Positions 13,626 to 26,444 of a stretch of DNA of 64,000 nt are shown here, piece after piece. Positions within the stretch are counted from its first letter, which is position 1; each line of letters starts with the position of its first letter. The translations under genes were made by a program, and so were the position numbers. This stretch comes from the human T2T-CHM13v2.0 reference genome, Homo sapiens. The notes beneath the pieces are model-generated. The model had not been told where the DNA came from, ran no database searches, and worked only from the letters and a program-made list of their open reading frames with translations. Where the stretch lies: NCBI RefSeq assembly GCF_009914755.1, contig NC_060948.1; one strand, given 5' to 3'.

Positions 13626-13757
13626 AAAACTAGTGTTTCTGCTGCTGCATCAGTGAGTGCAACTACTCTAATCAACAAGGTCCAGGGACCATTGCTGGTT
13701 CTTTGTCAGGGGGAAGAAAACCAACAAACCAATACCATGGGTGATTTTTTCTTTAAG

Positions 13758-15238
13758 ATGGGAAACACTCAGGCATCAACAGGCTCACCCTTGAAATGCG
13801 TTATAAGCCATTGGGACCAATTTGAACAGCAAACCCTGAAAAAGGAGCAGCTTTTTTTTTTTTTTTTTCTGCACTATGGCCTGGCCCCAATATTCTCTCT
13901 CATGAGGAAAAATGGCCAGTGAGAAAAGTATAAGTTACAATATTATCTTGTAGGTTGAACTTTCCTGTAAGAAGAAAGGCAAATGGTGTGAAAGACATTA
14001 TGTCCAAGCTTTCTTTTCATTGAAAAATATCCACATCTATGCAAAGCTTGCAATTTACATCTCAAAGGAGGATCTCTCAGCTTACCTCCATACCCAAGCC
14101 TTCCTATAGCTCCCCTTCCTATTAAAGATAAGCCTCCTTTAATCTCCCCCTCCCAGAAGGAAACAAGCAAAGAAATCCCCAGGGGACCACACACAAAAAA
14201 AGAAAAAAAACAGGTTATCTGTTGTATCCCCTTCAAGTTGTAGGCAGAGGGAAATTTGCCCAACCCAGGTACATGCCTCCTTCTCCTGTATCATTTAAAG
14301 CAGATCAAGGTAGACCTGGGGAAGTTTTCAGATAATCCTGATAGGTATATATATGTCCTACAGGTTTTAAGGCAAACCTTTGACCTCACTTGTAGAGATG
14401 TCATTCTATTATTAGATCAAACACTATCCTTTAATAATAAAAAAAAAAGGTGGCTTTAGCTTTAGCCCAAGAGTTTGGAGATGCCTGATATCTTAATCAA
14501 GCAAATGATAGAATAACAGCTGAAGAAAGGGACAAATTCCCTAGCAATCAGCAAGTTGTCCCCAGTATGGATCCCCACTGGGACCTTGGCTCAGATCATG
14601 GAGACTGCAGTCACAAACATCTGCTGACCTGTGTTCTAGAATGACTAAGGAGAATTAGAGAAAAGCCCATGAATTATTCAATTATGTCCACCATAATTCA
14701 GGGAAAGGGAGAAAATCCTTCTGCCTTTTTCCGAACAGCTACTGAAAAGGTTAAGAAAATAATATACATCCCTGTCACCCTACTCACTCGAGGGTCAATT
14801 GATCCTAAAAGATAAGTTTATTACCCAATCAGGCACAGCTATCAGGAGAAAGTTCCAAAAGCTAGCCCTGGGCCCTGAACAAAATTTGGAGGCATTATTA
14901 AACCTGGAAATCTTGATGTTCTATAGTAGAGACCAAGAGGAGCAGGACAAAAAGGAAAAGAAAGATCAGAGAAAGGCCATAGCATTGGTCACAGCCCTCA
15001 GGCAAACAAACCTTTGTGGTTCAAAGAAGACAGAAAATGGAGCAGGCCAATCACCCTGTAGGGCTTGTTGCCACTGTGGTTTGCAAGGGCATCTTATAAT
15101 GATTGTCCAATGATAAACAAGCTGCCCTCTCACTTACGTCCACTATGCGAAAGCAATCACTGCAAAGCATGCTGCACAAGAGGGCAAAGGTTCTCTGGGC
15201 CAGAAGCCCTCAACCAGATGATCCAACAACAGGAATGA
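13758..15238 (+). pseudogene. gag: HERV9 gag, disrupted
   Basis: MGNTQASTGSPLKCVISHWDQF, LKQIKVDLGKFSDNPDRY and two decayed Zn knuckles (CCHCGLQGH...). Confidence 0.9.
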
Positions 15239-18200
15239 GGGTGACCTGGCCAAGCACCAGCTCATGACATCACCCTCTCTGAGCCCTGGGTATGTTTAAC
15301 CACTGAGGGCCAGGAAATTGACTCCTCCTGGACACAGGCATGGCTTTCTCAGTGTTAATCTTCTGTCTTTGATGGCTGTCCTCAAGGTCCGTTACCATTC
15401 AAGGAATCCTGGGACAGCCTGTAACCAGGTATTTCTCCCACCTCCTCAGTTGTAATTGGGAGACTTTGCTGTTTTCAAGTGCTTTTCTTGTTATGCTTGA
15501 AATTCCCACACCCTTATTAAGGAGGAACATATTAGCTAAAGCTGGAGCTATTATGTATATGAATATAGGTAACAAGTTACCAGTTTGTTTTCCCTACTTG
15601 AAGAGGGAATCAACCCTGAAGTCTGGGCATTGGAAGGACAATTTGGAAGGACAAAAAACGCCCACCCAGATCAAATCATGCTAAAAGACTTCACCACTTT
15701 TCCTTGTCAAAGGCAGTATCCTATAAAGCCTGAAGTTCATAAAGGATTACAAGATATTGTTAAATATTTGAAACCTCAAGGTTTAGTAAGAAAATGCAGC
15801 AGTCCCTGCAACACCTCAATTCTAGGAGTACAAAAACTGAATGATCAGTGGAAAGTAGTGCAAGATCTTAGACTCATCATTGAGGCAGTAATTCCTGTAT
15901 ATTTAGTTGTACCGAACCCCTATAATCTGCTTTCTCAAATACCAGAGGAAACAGAATGTTTCACTGTTCTGGACATCAAGGATGTCCTCTACTGTATTCC
16001 CCTGTACTCTGACTTGCAGTTTCTCTTTGCCTTTGAGGATCCCACAGACCACAAATCCCAACTTATGTGGATGGTCTTGTCCAAAGAGATTAGGGACAGC
16101 TCTCATCTCTTTGGTCTGGCACTGGCCCAAGATCTAGGCCACTTCTCAACTTCAGGCACACTAGCCCTTCAGTAAGTGGATGATTTACTTTTGGCTCCCA
16201 GTTTGGAAGCCTCATGCCAGCAGGCTACTCTAGATCTCTTCAGCATTCTATCTAATTGAGGTTACAAGGCATCTAAATCCAAGGCCCAGCTCTGCCTACA
16301 ACAAGTCAAATATCTAGGTCTAATCTTAGCCAGAGGATGCAGGGCTCTCAGAAAGGAATGAATACAGCCTATACTGGCTTATCCTCATCTTAAAACATTA
16401 AAACAGTTGTGTGGGTTCCTTGGAATCACTGACTTTTGCTGACTATTGATCTCTGGATATAGCAAAATAGACAGGTCTCTCTATACTGAAATCAAGGAGA
16501 CCCAGAGGGCATATACTTATCTAGTAGAGTGGGAACCAGAGGCAGAAACAGCCTTCAAAACCTTAAAGCAGGCCATAGTACAAGCTCCAGCTTTAAGACT
16601 TCTAACATGACAAAATTCCTTATACATCACAGAGAGAGCAGGAGTAGCTCTTGAGGTCTAACTCAGACTCATGGGACAACACTACAACCCGTGGCATATC
16701 TAAGTAAGGAAACTGATATAGTAACAAAAGGCTGTCCTCACTCTCTAAAGACAGTTGTGGCAGTGGCCAACTTAGAGTCAGAGTCTATCAAAATGATACA
16801 GGGAAAGGATCTCACTGTCTGGACTACTCATGATGTAAATGGCATCATGTGCAGCCCTCAACCCTGCCAAATTTCTCCTACAGGATGGAGAACCAATCGA
16901 GTATGACTGCCAACAAATTATAGTCCAGCCTTATGCCACCTGAGAGGATCTCTTAGAAATCCTCTTAGCTAATCCTGACCTTAACGTATATACTGATGGA
17001 AGTTTATTTGTGAAGAAGGGGATATGAAGGGCAGGTTATGCAATAGTAAGGTAACAGTAGTTGAAAATAAGTCTCTTCCCCAAGGGACCACAGCCCAGTT
17101 AGCAGAACTAGTGGCACTTACCTGAGCCTTAGAACTGGAAAAGGGAAAAAGAATAAATGTGTATACAGATAACAAGTATGCTTATCTAATCCTACATGCC
17201 CATGCTGCAATATGGAAAGAAAGAGAGTTCTTAACCTCTTAGGGAAACCCCATTAAATAACAAAGAGAAATCATGGAGTTATTGTATGAAGTACAAAAAC
17301 TCAAGGAGGTGGCAGTCTTACACTGCCAAAGCCATAAAAAAAAATGAAGCGTAAAAGGCAGAAGCAAACCATCAGGCAGATGCTGAGGATAAAATGCTGC
17401 CAGGTGGAACCTCCCATTAGAAATACCTATGGAAGCACTCTTGTTATGGAACTATTCTCTCCAATAGATTAAGCCTCAGTATTCCCTGACTGAAACAGAA
17501 TGGGATTTTCATGGGGGTATAGTTTCCTACCATGGGGTGATTAACTGCAGAAGAGGTAAACATACTCATACCTAAAACCAGCCAATGGAAAATACTTAAG
17601 ACCCTCCACAAAAGTTTTCATATTTGTATTGAGAACACACATCAAATGGCCAAATCCCTATTTACAGCGCCAAATTTCCTCTGGGCCATCTGATAGGTAG
17701 TAAAAGCCTGTGAGAGTGCCAAGGGAATAATCCCTTTGTTCTTTGTAGGTCCCCTCTAGGGGAACAAAGAGTAGCTCACTATCCCAGAGAGGACTTGCAG
17801 TTAGACTTCACCCATATGCCTAAATCAAAGGTATTTTAATACTTATTGGTCTGTGTTGATATCTTTACAAATTGGATAGAAGCCTTCCCCTGCAAGACAG
17901 AGAAGGCTTAGAAGTGGTTAAACTTTTAATTCATGAAATAGTTCCTAGATTTGGGCTTCCCCAAAATTTGCAAAGTGACAGTTGTCTGGCTTTTAAAGCC
18001 ATGATAACTCAGGGAATTTCCAGGTGATACAGTATCACTTTCACTGCACCTGGAGACCACAATCCTCAGGGAAGGTGGAGAAGGTAAATGAAACACTCAA
18101 GAGACAGTTAAGGAAGCTAACACAAGAAACTCATCTCCTATGGCCTACTCTCTTGCCCATGGCTTGCTGAGAATCTGAAAATCTCTTCACAAAATGTGGT

Positions 18201-18707
18201 TCAGTCTATATGAAAGGCTGTATGGATGACTTTTTCTCACAAATGACCTCCTACTTGATCAGGAAATGGCCAACTTGATCAAAGATACAATTTATTTGGC
18301 AAAATATCAATGAAACCTTAAAAACCTGCCAGAAGAATGTCACAGAAAAAAAGAGAATGGAGTTATTTCAACAGGAGATCTAGTGTTGGTCAAATACCTC
18401 CCCTCTACCTTCCCATGTATGGATTCTTATGGGAAGAACCATACTCGGTAATCCTCTCTACCCCCACTGCAATGAACATGGCAGGAGTGAAATCTTGGAT
18501 TCACTACACCCAGTTAAACTTTGGACAACCCCCGTGGAACCTGTGGGACCGACAGCTCAGAAACCCAAAGATTAGCCAGACCAGCCTCCATACACCTGTG
18601 AGCCATTGGAAGACTTCCATCTCCTATTTCAGAAGGAAACATCCCAGACTAAAAAGACTCCTATAGCTGATCCTGAGGAAAAATCTCTTCCTACTTAAAA
18701 AAGATAA
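15239..18707 (+). pseudogene. pol: HERV9 pro-pol (PR, RT, RNase H, IN), disrupted
   Basis: LLDTG protease motif near 15325. ORF 15585 has QYPIKPE..VQDLR..VPNPY..FTVLDIKD. Catalytic YVDD reads TAA-VDD at 16173. RNase H YTDGS near 16990. IN QLDFTHMPK near 17798. Confidence 0.92.
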
Positions 18708-18927
18708 GTGAAAACCTACATTATTTTTAACTCCTCTCCTTGCCCCTTTAATGGAATCCTTTTACTGTTTCATCACATTATTAAGCAGAATACTAACCAT
18801 ACACTTTGCAATAGGGTTATATACTGTAGCTCCTGCAGGGATAAAAGTCCTAGTCACATCAACCTTCTTTCTATCGTCCTTCCTTCTGACAGTAATTTAC
18901 TCCTACCTCTAACTCAGACTGGATAAA

Positions 18928-20636
18928 ATGATCTCATATTCCAGTGCCTGCTTTTGACCTTCCTACTTACTCTTTGCCTACCTATCCCTCCTGCTTCCTT
19001 GGATACCCCATACAGTCACCCCTCCCCTTCCACTAGCTCCAAATGACCTCTACAAACTCTCAGCTTAACCCACTCTCTGTTAAACCAGTCCAACCCTTCC
19101 CTGACAAATGACTGTTGGTTTTGTATCTCTCTATCTACCACTGCTTATGTTACCACTCCTGTTGCCTCAAAAAAACTGGGTGTGTACTAAATTAACCTAC
19201 CACCCTCTTTAGGAAGGAAGATGCTCTTTCTGACTTCTAAATATGCAATCATTAGCCAACTTCACCATCTCTGATAGGACCAAGGATACCCTAACATGTC
19301 ATGCAATTCAACTTTTACATTCTTACATTTCCAATCTCACTCATTACCCAAGCAATAAAAGCCCATACATGACACTGTACATGCAAATACCGTCTTAACT
19401 TCCGAAGACCCTTTATGCATCCAATGCAACCTGTTATCAGGCCTGACTCTGGGGTACCTACCTCCCCATCAGTGTAATTGCACCCTACAACTTCAAGCCC
19501 CAACTGATCATAGTAACTTCCGAGTCACCCATACAGCTCTTGATTTAGATGGCTTGTTCACTTGTCAGGGCCTCCATAAATCATCACCTCCTCCCTGCTT
19601 AATAAACAGTCCAAGTTTTGCAATGGCAACCATACTCCCTGCATGGTCATTCACCCCTGGACCCCCTGCAGCAGTGTCCTCACCACTAATGAATGCTTTC
19701 TCATCCCCTCTTTCAATAACTCTTTTAAATGGTACCTAGTAGGAACAAAATGCTTTTTTCTCCAATGGGAAAATAGAACACAGGGAGCCACTTAGTTTGC
19801 TCCCAACACCCGTTTCCAGCTGCTCACTGGAGCTGCCTTGACAAGTACTCTAGTGGCATGGGAAAATAAAAACAAAAAACTCACTTGTCTTTTTAACATA
19901 CACAACCAGTTCTGTCTACCCAGCCAAGGCATATTGTTCTTATGTGGAACTTCAACCTACATATGCCTCCCCACCAACTGGACAGACACTGCACCTTAGT
20001 CTTCCTAAGTCCCAACATTAACATTGCCCAAGGAAATCAGACCCTATCAGTGCCCCTCAAAGCTCAAGTCTATCAGCACAGGGCCATACAACTAGTTCCC
20101 TACTCATAGGGTTAGGAGTGACCACCACTACAGGAACCCGAATAGCAGGTTTTTCCACTTCACTATCCTACTACCACACACTCTCAAAGGATTTCTCAGA
20201 CAGTTTGCAAGAAATAACAAAATCTATCCTTACTCTACAATCTCAAATAGACTCTTTAGCAACAATGACTCTCCAAAACCGCCAAGGCCTAGATCTGTTC
20301 ACTGCTGAGAAAGGAGAACTTTGTACCCTCTTAGGGGAGGAGTGTTGCTTTGACACTAACCAGTTGGAGATAGTACGAGATGCTGCCCAGCATTTACAGG
20401 AAAAGGCTTCTGAAACCAGACAATGCCTTTCAAACTCTTATAGCAACCTCTGGAGTTGGGCAACATGGTTTCTTCCTTTTCTAGGTCCTGTGACAGACAT
20501 CTTGCTATTATTTGCTTTTGGGCCCTGTGTTTTTAACCTCCTTGTCAAATTTGTTTCCTCCAGGATCAATGCCATCAAGATACAGACAGTCTTACAAATG
20601 GAACCCCATATGAGCTCAACTAACAATTTCTACTGA
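18928..20636 (+). pseudogene. env: HERV9 env; SU broken, TM open over about 170 codons
   Basis: ORF 20118-20636 carries the immunosuppressive domain LQNRQGLDLFTAEKGELC, CX6CC (CTLLGEECC) and a hydrophobic anchor. SU has a decayed CWFC motif, stops and frameshifts. Confidence 0.9.
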
Positions 20637-20841
20637 GGACACTTGGACCAACCCACTGGCTCTTTGGCTGGCTTAGAGAGTTCCCCTCTAGAGGACACTA
20701 AAACTTCAGGGCCCCTTCTTTACCCCTGTCCAGTAGGAAGTAACTAGAGAGGTCATCACCCAATTCCCAACAACAGTTGTGGTGTCCTGTTTAGAGAGGA
20801 GATTGAGAGGTAGAGAAGAGATTGAGAGGTAGAGAAGAGAT

Positions 20842-21321
20842 TGAGAGGTGAAGTCAGCTGGACTTCGTGTGTTGAGTGGGGACTTGGAGAACTTTTCTGT
20901 CTTACAAGAGGTTTGTAAAATACATCAATCAGTGTTCTGTTAAAACAAACTAATCAGCACTGTGTAGCTAGCTAGAGGTTTTTAAAATGCACCAATCAGT
21001 GCTCTGCAAAATGTACCATTACAGCATTCTGTAAATTGGACCAATCAGCACTCTATAAAATGGACCAATCAGCAGGACATTGTTTGGGACAAATAATGGA
21101 ATAAAAACTGGCCACCCCAGACAGCAGCAGCAACCAGCTTGGGTACTCTTCCATGCTGTGAAAGCTTTGTTCTTTTGCTCTTCACAATATATCTTGCTGA
21201 TGTTCACTCTTTTTGTTCGTGCCACATTTAAGAGCTGTAACACTCACCGCAAAGGTCTGCAGCTTCATTCTTGAAGTCAGTGAGACCACGAAACCACCGA
21301 AAGGAGTCAACTTCAGACACA
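20842..21321 (+). mobile_element. LTR12-family 3' LTR
   Basis: tgagaggtgaagtcagctggacttc...gacaca with ccaatcag repeats. Confidence 0.92.
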
Positions 21322-21870
21322 GTTGCATAGTGTGCAGAAAAACCAACAAACAAATCCTGAAAAGAAAGTGGGAATACCACACACCATGGAGTACACCCTC
21401 ATCAGGAAAAGTAGAGTCTATTTCCCTGTTGAGAGTATGAACTGCTCTCTGAAAAGACATAGGCCTATACCCTTATGAAATTCTTTATGGATTGCCTTAT
21501 CTAAATTCTACTACTGATGTTCCTACATTTGGAACAAAAGATCAGTTTCTTTGAAACTCTGTATTAGGTCTATCTTCTACCCTCTCCTCCTTCAGGACTC
21601 AAGGCCTCCTGACACATACACCACCCCTTAAATTCCCACTTCATCAACAGCAGCCTGGAGACCACCGTTCTTATCAGAAGTTGGAAAGAGGTAAAGCTCA
21701 AACTCACTTGGGAGTTTGAGTAGTGCTACTCACAAATGAGACAGCAGTCCGGACCACTGAGAGAGGATGAATACATCATAATAGAGCCAAGAAAGTGTTA
21801 CCCTTTCCAAAGTCATGGAATGTTGTTTCAGGACCTACACCCACCAAAGTAACATTAAAGAGAAAAGCTT
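21322..21870 (+). pseudogene. pol: HERV-IP10 #1 integrase remnant with core deletions
   Basis: CIVCRKTNKQ (the CC of HHCC), then WEYHTPWSTPSSGKVE, then PYEILYGLPYL. Confidence 0.8.
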
Positions 21871-23830
21871 AATCTGCCTCTTCATCCCTTTCCTCTTTTG
21901 CCAAGTTACCCGACACCTTATTATTAATAATACTAATTCTACCTCATCTCAAACTTCACTGTTAATGCTTGTCTTGTTATACCCTGTGGAGATCTGCAAA
22001 GTCAAAGAAAACTCTCTACTTCAGAAATGTATCTTTGCCTCTCCTGGCTCTCCTCAGAGGAAAATCAGTTAACCGGGATGAATTAGTTTGGGAAGATTTT
22101 AACGGAGATTCTGGTAATTGATAATCTTGTCCTGCTAAAGCAGAGCATTAGAATCTGTGCCATAGTTGGCCCAATGTTCTGTGGACCACAAAAAACCAAG
22201 GATAGACTGTCCCAATGAGTAGTTGTATATTTCCAAAACCACACATTTATTTTGCTAAAGGGAATATTCCCAATTGCCAATATAACCAGTGTAATCTTGT
22301 ACAAATTTCCATTACTATCCCAACATCCCAAGATTCTTACCCTTTCTTGAGCCATTTTTATAAAAGGAGCAGAAGTCTCAGAAGAGACTCTATAGAATAT
22401 TTCAAAATGAGCTTCATCGTTCCTCCTCCTCTTTCACCCTCTTCTCCCTCTCCTCCTGAACCCTGCTCTAACAAAAATTTCTCACTTCATACCAATGATA
22501 AAACTAAGGTAGCAATTGTATAAGTTAAAGATTTAAAGCAAACTCTAGCTATTGAAACAGGAAATCAAGATGCAAATGCCTCGTTGGAATGGATTAAATA
22601 TTCCATCCACTCACCAAATAAAAGTGACTGTTATACTTGTGTGACAGCTAGGCCAGAAACCCAAATTGTTCCCTTCCCACTTGGATGGGTATCTAACAAG
22701 GCATGAGCTGTATGGCAGCTCTCTTCCAGAACCCCACAATCTGGGGTAATGAGTCATGCAAGACTCTTTCACTGCTGTTTCCTGAACTTAAAAGCCCTAT
22801 CGTTAAGCCCCCGAGGACCATCCAGCTTCCAGCCTCCAATGTTAATTTCACCTCATGCCTTTCACAGCAGGGGGAAAAGTTAGTATTCCTTGGAGACCTA
22901 ACTAAGTGCAGCGAAACATAGCTTTTTCAAGAGCTTATCAATCATTCTGCCCTTGTTCACTGCCGAGCAGATATATGGTGGTATTGCAGGGGACAATTTC
23001 TGGGTACTTTGCCAAGTAACTGCAGCAGCACTTGGGCTCTAATTGGCTATCCCTTTCACCTTGCATTTCATCAGCCAAGAAAATTGAAGACAGAATATCA
23101 TAAAGAGAGAGATGTCTGTCATGAATCCTTTGATCCTCATGTTTATATACAAGCTATTGGAATACCATGAGGGGTACCAGATGAATTCGAAGCCCAAAAT
23201 CAAATAGCTGCAGGACTGCAGTCTATATTGTTCTGGTGGTCAACCGTAAACAAAAGTGTAGCTTTGATAAATTATGTCTATTACAGTCAACAGTGCTTTG
23301 TTAATTTTACTAGAGATGGAATTAATGGAATAGCTGAAAAATTAGGCCATACTAGTCAAATGGTCTGGGAAAATAGAATACAACTTGACACGCTATTAGC
23401 TGAAAAAGTTGGGGTTTGTCATGATTGGAGTTCAGTGTTGGACTGTTATTCCTAATAACACCTCCCTGATGGAATAATAACAAGCCTTGCAAGCACTTAA
23501 CTCCTTTTCAAATGAGTTGGCTCAAAATTCTGGAATAGATGACCCCTTTACAAGTCTCATGGAGAAATAGTTCAAGAAATGGAAAATAATTATGACCTTA
23601 ATATTTACCTCCCTTATAATCATTATAAGTGTGCTCATTCTTGTAGAATGCTGTATCATACCCTGTATTTGTGGTTTAGTACAATGACTTATAAAAACAG
23701 TTCTCACCAAAACCTCTCTTAGTTTATTCAGATAAAACCTTCCCACCTTATTCAGATAAACTCTTCCTACTTGATGCCCAAGAAGAATAACAGAGCCTAG
23801 ATATGCTAAGGAATTTTGAAGAGGTAAAAT
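21870..23830 (+). pseudogene. env: HERV-IP10 #1 env, disrupted
   Basis: ISD WENRIQLDTLLAEK in ORF 23228, KSDCYTC, and collinearity with 60750-62640. Confidence 0.85.
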
Positions 23831-23852
23831 TATAAAATCAAGAGGGGGAAAT

Positions 23853-24293
23853 TGTCAGAAATGATACATTTCTCTTCAAAAAGCTTTAGTTCCCTGGTCT
23901 TTGTTTCTTAAGACCACCTTGCTTGTTTCCTAGATACCTGCTCTGTAAACAACTTTCCCACCTTGGCTGCACCCAGACAAGTCCATATACGCCTTCCAGC
24001 CTAGTAATGGACAGTCCCTCTTTCTTCCCACTTAATAGATCCTATTAAATTTTAAACCTTAGCCAATCAAGTTAGCTTAGATTGTGAGGTCCAACCCCAG
24101 CCACTGGGGAAAGGACATAGAAGTGCTAGGAACTGCGTTAGGGATAAAAACCCCTTCCCTAACCCTCTTTTTGTGCTCTTGCAATCATGACTGGTGCAAG
24201 CTGCATCCTTCTGCAGAAGTAAATTTGCCATACTGAGGAATTTTCTGCCTATTTGCTGGTTTTCTTTGTGGCACTGGGTACTTACTCCTAACA
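23853..24293 (+). mobile_element. LTR10-family 3' LTR
   Basis: Follows the PPT and matches 7530-7980. Confidence 0.9.
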
Positions 24294-24301
24294 TAAGTAA
24301 A

Positions 24302-24504
24302 TTATTTGTTTGTTTGTTTGAGACAGTGTCTCACTTTGTCACCAAGGTTGGAGTGCAATGGCACAAACACGACTCACTGCAGCCTCGACCTCCCAGGTTC
24401 AAGTGACTCTTCTGCCTCTCAGCCTCCCAAGTATCTGGGAGCACAGGTGCATGACAGCACAGCCTGCTAAATTTTATACTTTTTGTAGAGATTTGGTTTC
24501 CATG
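24302..24504 (-). mobile_element. Partial Alu
   Basis: Right arm plus linker with (ttgt)n tail. Confidence 0.85.
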
Positions 24505-24800
24505 GGGAGTGGATTGATACAAAGTTGTTTGTCAGAAATTCTTACCATTTACAGAAATAATACTGATTCATGATTGACCATCTCTTGTTAAGCCACAGGA
24601 TAGGATGAGGCTTGTGGAGTCCAGATGGCATTACAAGGTTAACTTATAGCTACCTGTGACAGTGGTGTGCAGTTTCAATAGATGTATACATAGCTAAAAG
24701 CAGGAACTAGGACATGATTGCTGTCTCATTATAATGCCTTTCTGGGTCTAATAATTTGAAAGTGCTCAAATTCCTCAGGTAAAATACTTCTTTTTCCTGA
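24505..24800 (-). mobile_element. ERV1 solo LTR (LTR47-like), second part
   Basis: gggagtggattgatacaaagttgtttgtcag...ttcctcaggtaaaa continues the element begun at 7385. Confidence 0.6.
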
Positions 24801-24923
24801 AAATACTTGGAATAGTCAAAACTGTAGAAACAGAAAATATGACGATGCTGCCATAACTTGAGGGAGGAGGAGATGAAATCTGAGGACAGGATGCAACTAT
24901 TTTAACACAATAAAAAAATAAAA

Positions 24924-25280
24924 GGCTGGGTGCAGTGGGCAATGCCTGTAATCCCAGCAATTTAGGAGGTTGAGGCAGGTGGATTACTTGAGCCCAGGAT
25001 TTGAAGATTAGGCTGGGCAACATGACAAAATCCCTTCTCTACCAAAAATATAAAAAATATACCAGGTGTAGTGACATGCCTGTAGTCTCATCAATTTGGG
25101 AGACTGAGGAAGGTGAATTGCTTGTGTCTGGGAGGTGAAGGTTGCACTGAGCAGAGATGACATTACTGTGCTTTAGCCTAGGTGACAGACAGACCCTATC
25201 TCAAACCAAAAAAAAAAAAAAAAAAAAAAAAAAAGAAAGAAAGAAAAGAAAGAAAGAAAGAAGGAAAGAAAGAAAGAAAA
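24924..25280 (+). mobile_element. Alu (AluJ-like) with polyA/(GAAA)n tail
   Basis: Dimer, tail at 25203-25280. Confidence 0.9.
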
Positions 25281-25433
25281 ACAGATGGAAATGTGCCATC
25301 CCCTTTTATAGTATGCAAACTACATCTAAAGTAAAGCTGTTATAAAAAAGTTATTGATTGAGATGCTGTTTTTAAATGTATGAATAAGAATATTCCAACT
25401 GTGAATTTTCTCTAAATATTGAAATAAACAGAG

Positions 25434-25645
25434 AGCTGTATATGGTGGTTCATGTCTGTAATCCCAGCACTTTGGGAGGCTGAGGTGAGCCAACTACTTG
25501 AGGTCAGAAGTTTATGACCAGCCTGGCCAATATGGTGAAAGCCCATCTTTACCAAAAATATAAAAATTAGCTGGCTCTGGTGACGTGTGCCTGTAGCTCT
25601 TGGGAGGCTGGGGCAGGAGAATCACTTGAACCAAGGGCAAAGAAG
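25434..25645 (+). mobile_element. Alu, 3'-truncated
   Basis: Left arm, linker and partial right arm. Confidence 0.85.
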
Positions 25646-25695
25646 TTCATTACTCCCATTCTCTCTCTCACCTTCAGCTAATGAGAATGACACAG

Positions 25696-26057
25696 TAATA
25701 CAGTTTGATTATGTCCCCACTGAAACCTAATCTTGAGTTGTGGCTCCCATAGTCTCCACATGTCATGGGAGGGGCCCAGTGGAAGGTAATTAAGTCACGG
25801 AGGTGGATTTTTCCAATGGTGTTCTCATGATAGTAAATAAGTCTGATGAGATCTGATGGCTTTACAAAGGGACATTCCTCTGCACAAGCTCTCTTACCTG
25901 CCACCATGTAAAATGTACCTTTGCTCCTCCTTCACCTTCTGCCATGACCATGAGGCCTCCCCAGCCATGCAGAATTGGGAGTCCATTAAACTTCTTTTTC
26001 TTTAAAAATTACCCAGTCTCAGATTTTTTCATAACAATATGAAAATAGACTAAAACA
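25696..26057 (+). mobile_element. THE1 (MaLR) solo LTR
   Basis: cagtttgattatgtccccac...gaggcctccccagccatg...gactaaaaca. Confidence 0.88.
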
Positions 26058-26444
26058 GTCACCCAAAGGTATTATGTAAGAAATCATAATAGATCTCTCT
26101 GGTCCTCTTTGCATAGAAAGACCCAGGAATGACCTCCCTTTTATGAAAATAATGTAAGAAGCATTTGAACCAGAGTGACTCCATCTTGAACAGGAGCTGG
26201 GTAAAACAAAGCTGAGACCTATGGGGCTGTATTTCTAGGAGTTTAGGCATTCTAAGTCACAGGATGAGATAAGTGGTCAGCACAGGATACAGGACACAAA
26301 GTCCCAGGTGATAAAACAGGATGCAGCGAGAAGCTAGTGAAAACCCACCAAAACCAAGATGTTAATGAAAGAAAGTTCTGGTCATCCTTACTGCTTATTA
26401 TATGCTAATTATAATACATTAGCATGCTATAAGATACTTCCACC

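Larger units (their letters stand above)
12112..21321 (+). mobile_element. HERV9 provirus nested in HERV-IP10 pol
   Basis: 5'-truncated LTR12 at 12112-12575, PBS, gag, pro-pol, env, PPT, and complete 3' LTR12 at 20842-21321. Confidence 0.93.
7530..24293 (+). mobile_element. HERV-IP10 provirus #1 (LTR10 family), containing a nested HERV9
   Basis: Homologous LTRs 7530-7980 and 23853-24293 (tgt...aca). 4-bp TSD taag at 7526-7529 and 24294-24297. Pro-type PBS, PPT aagagggggaaat, and gag/pro/pol/env remnants. Confidence 0.92.

Noticed and set aside
15585-16175. 196-aa reverse transcriptase ORF as a functional or novel RT system
   Set aside because: Fragment of HERV9 pol that terminates at the Tyr of YVDD.
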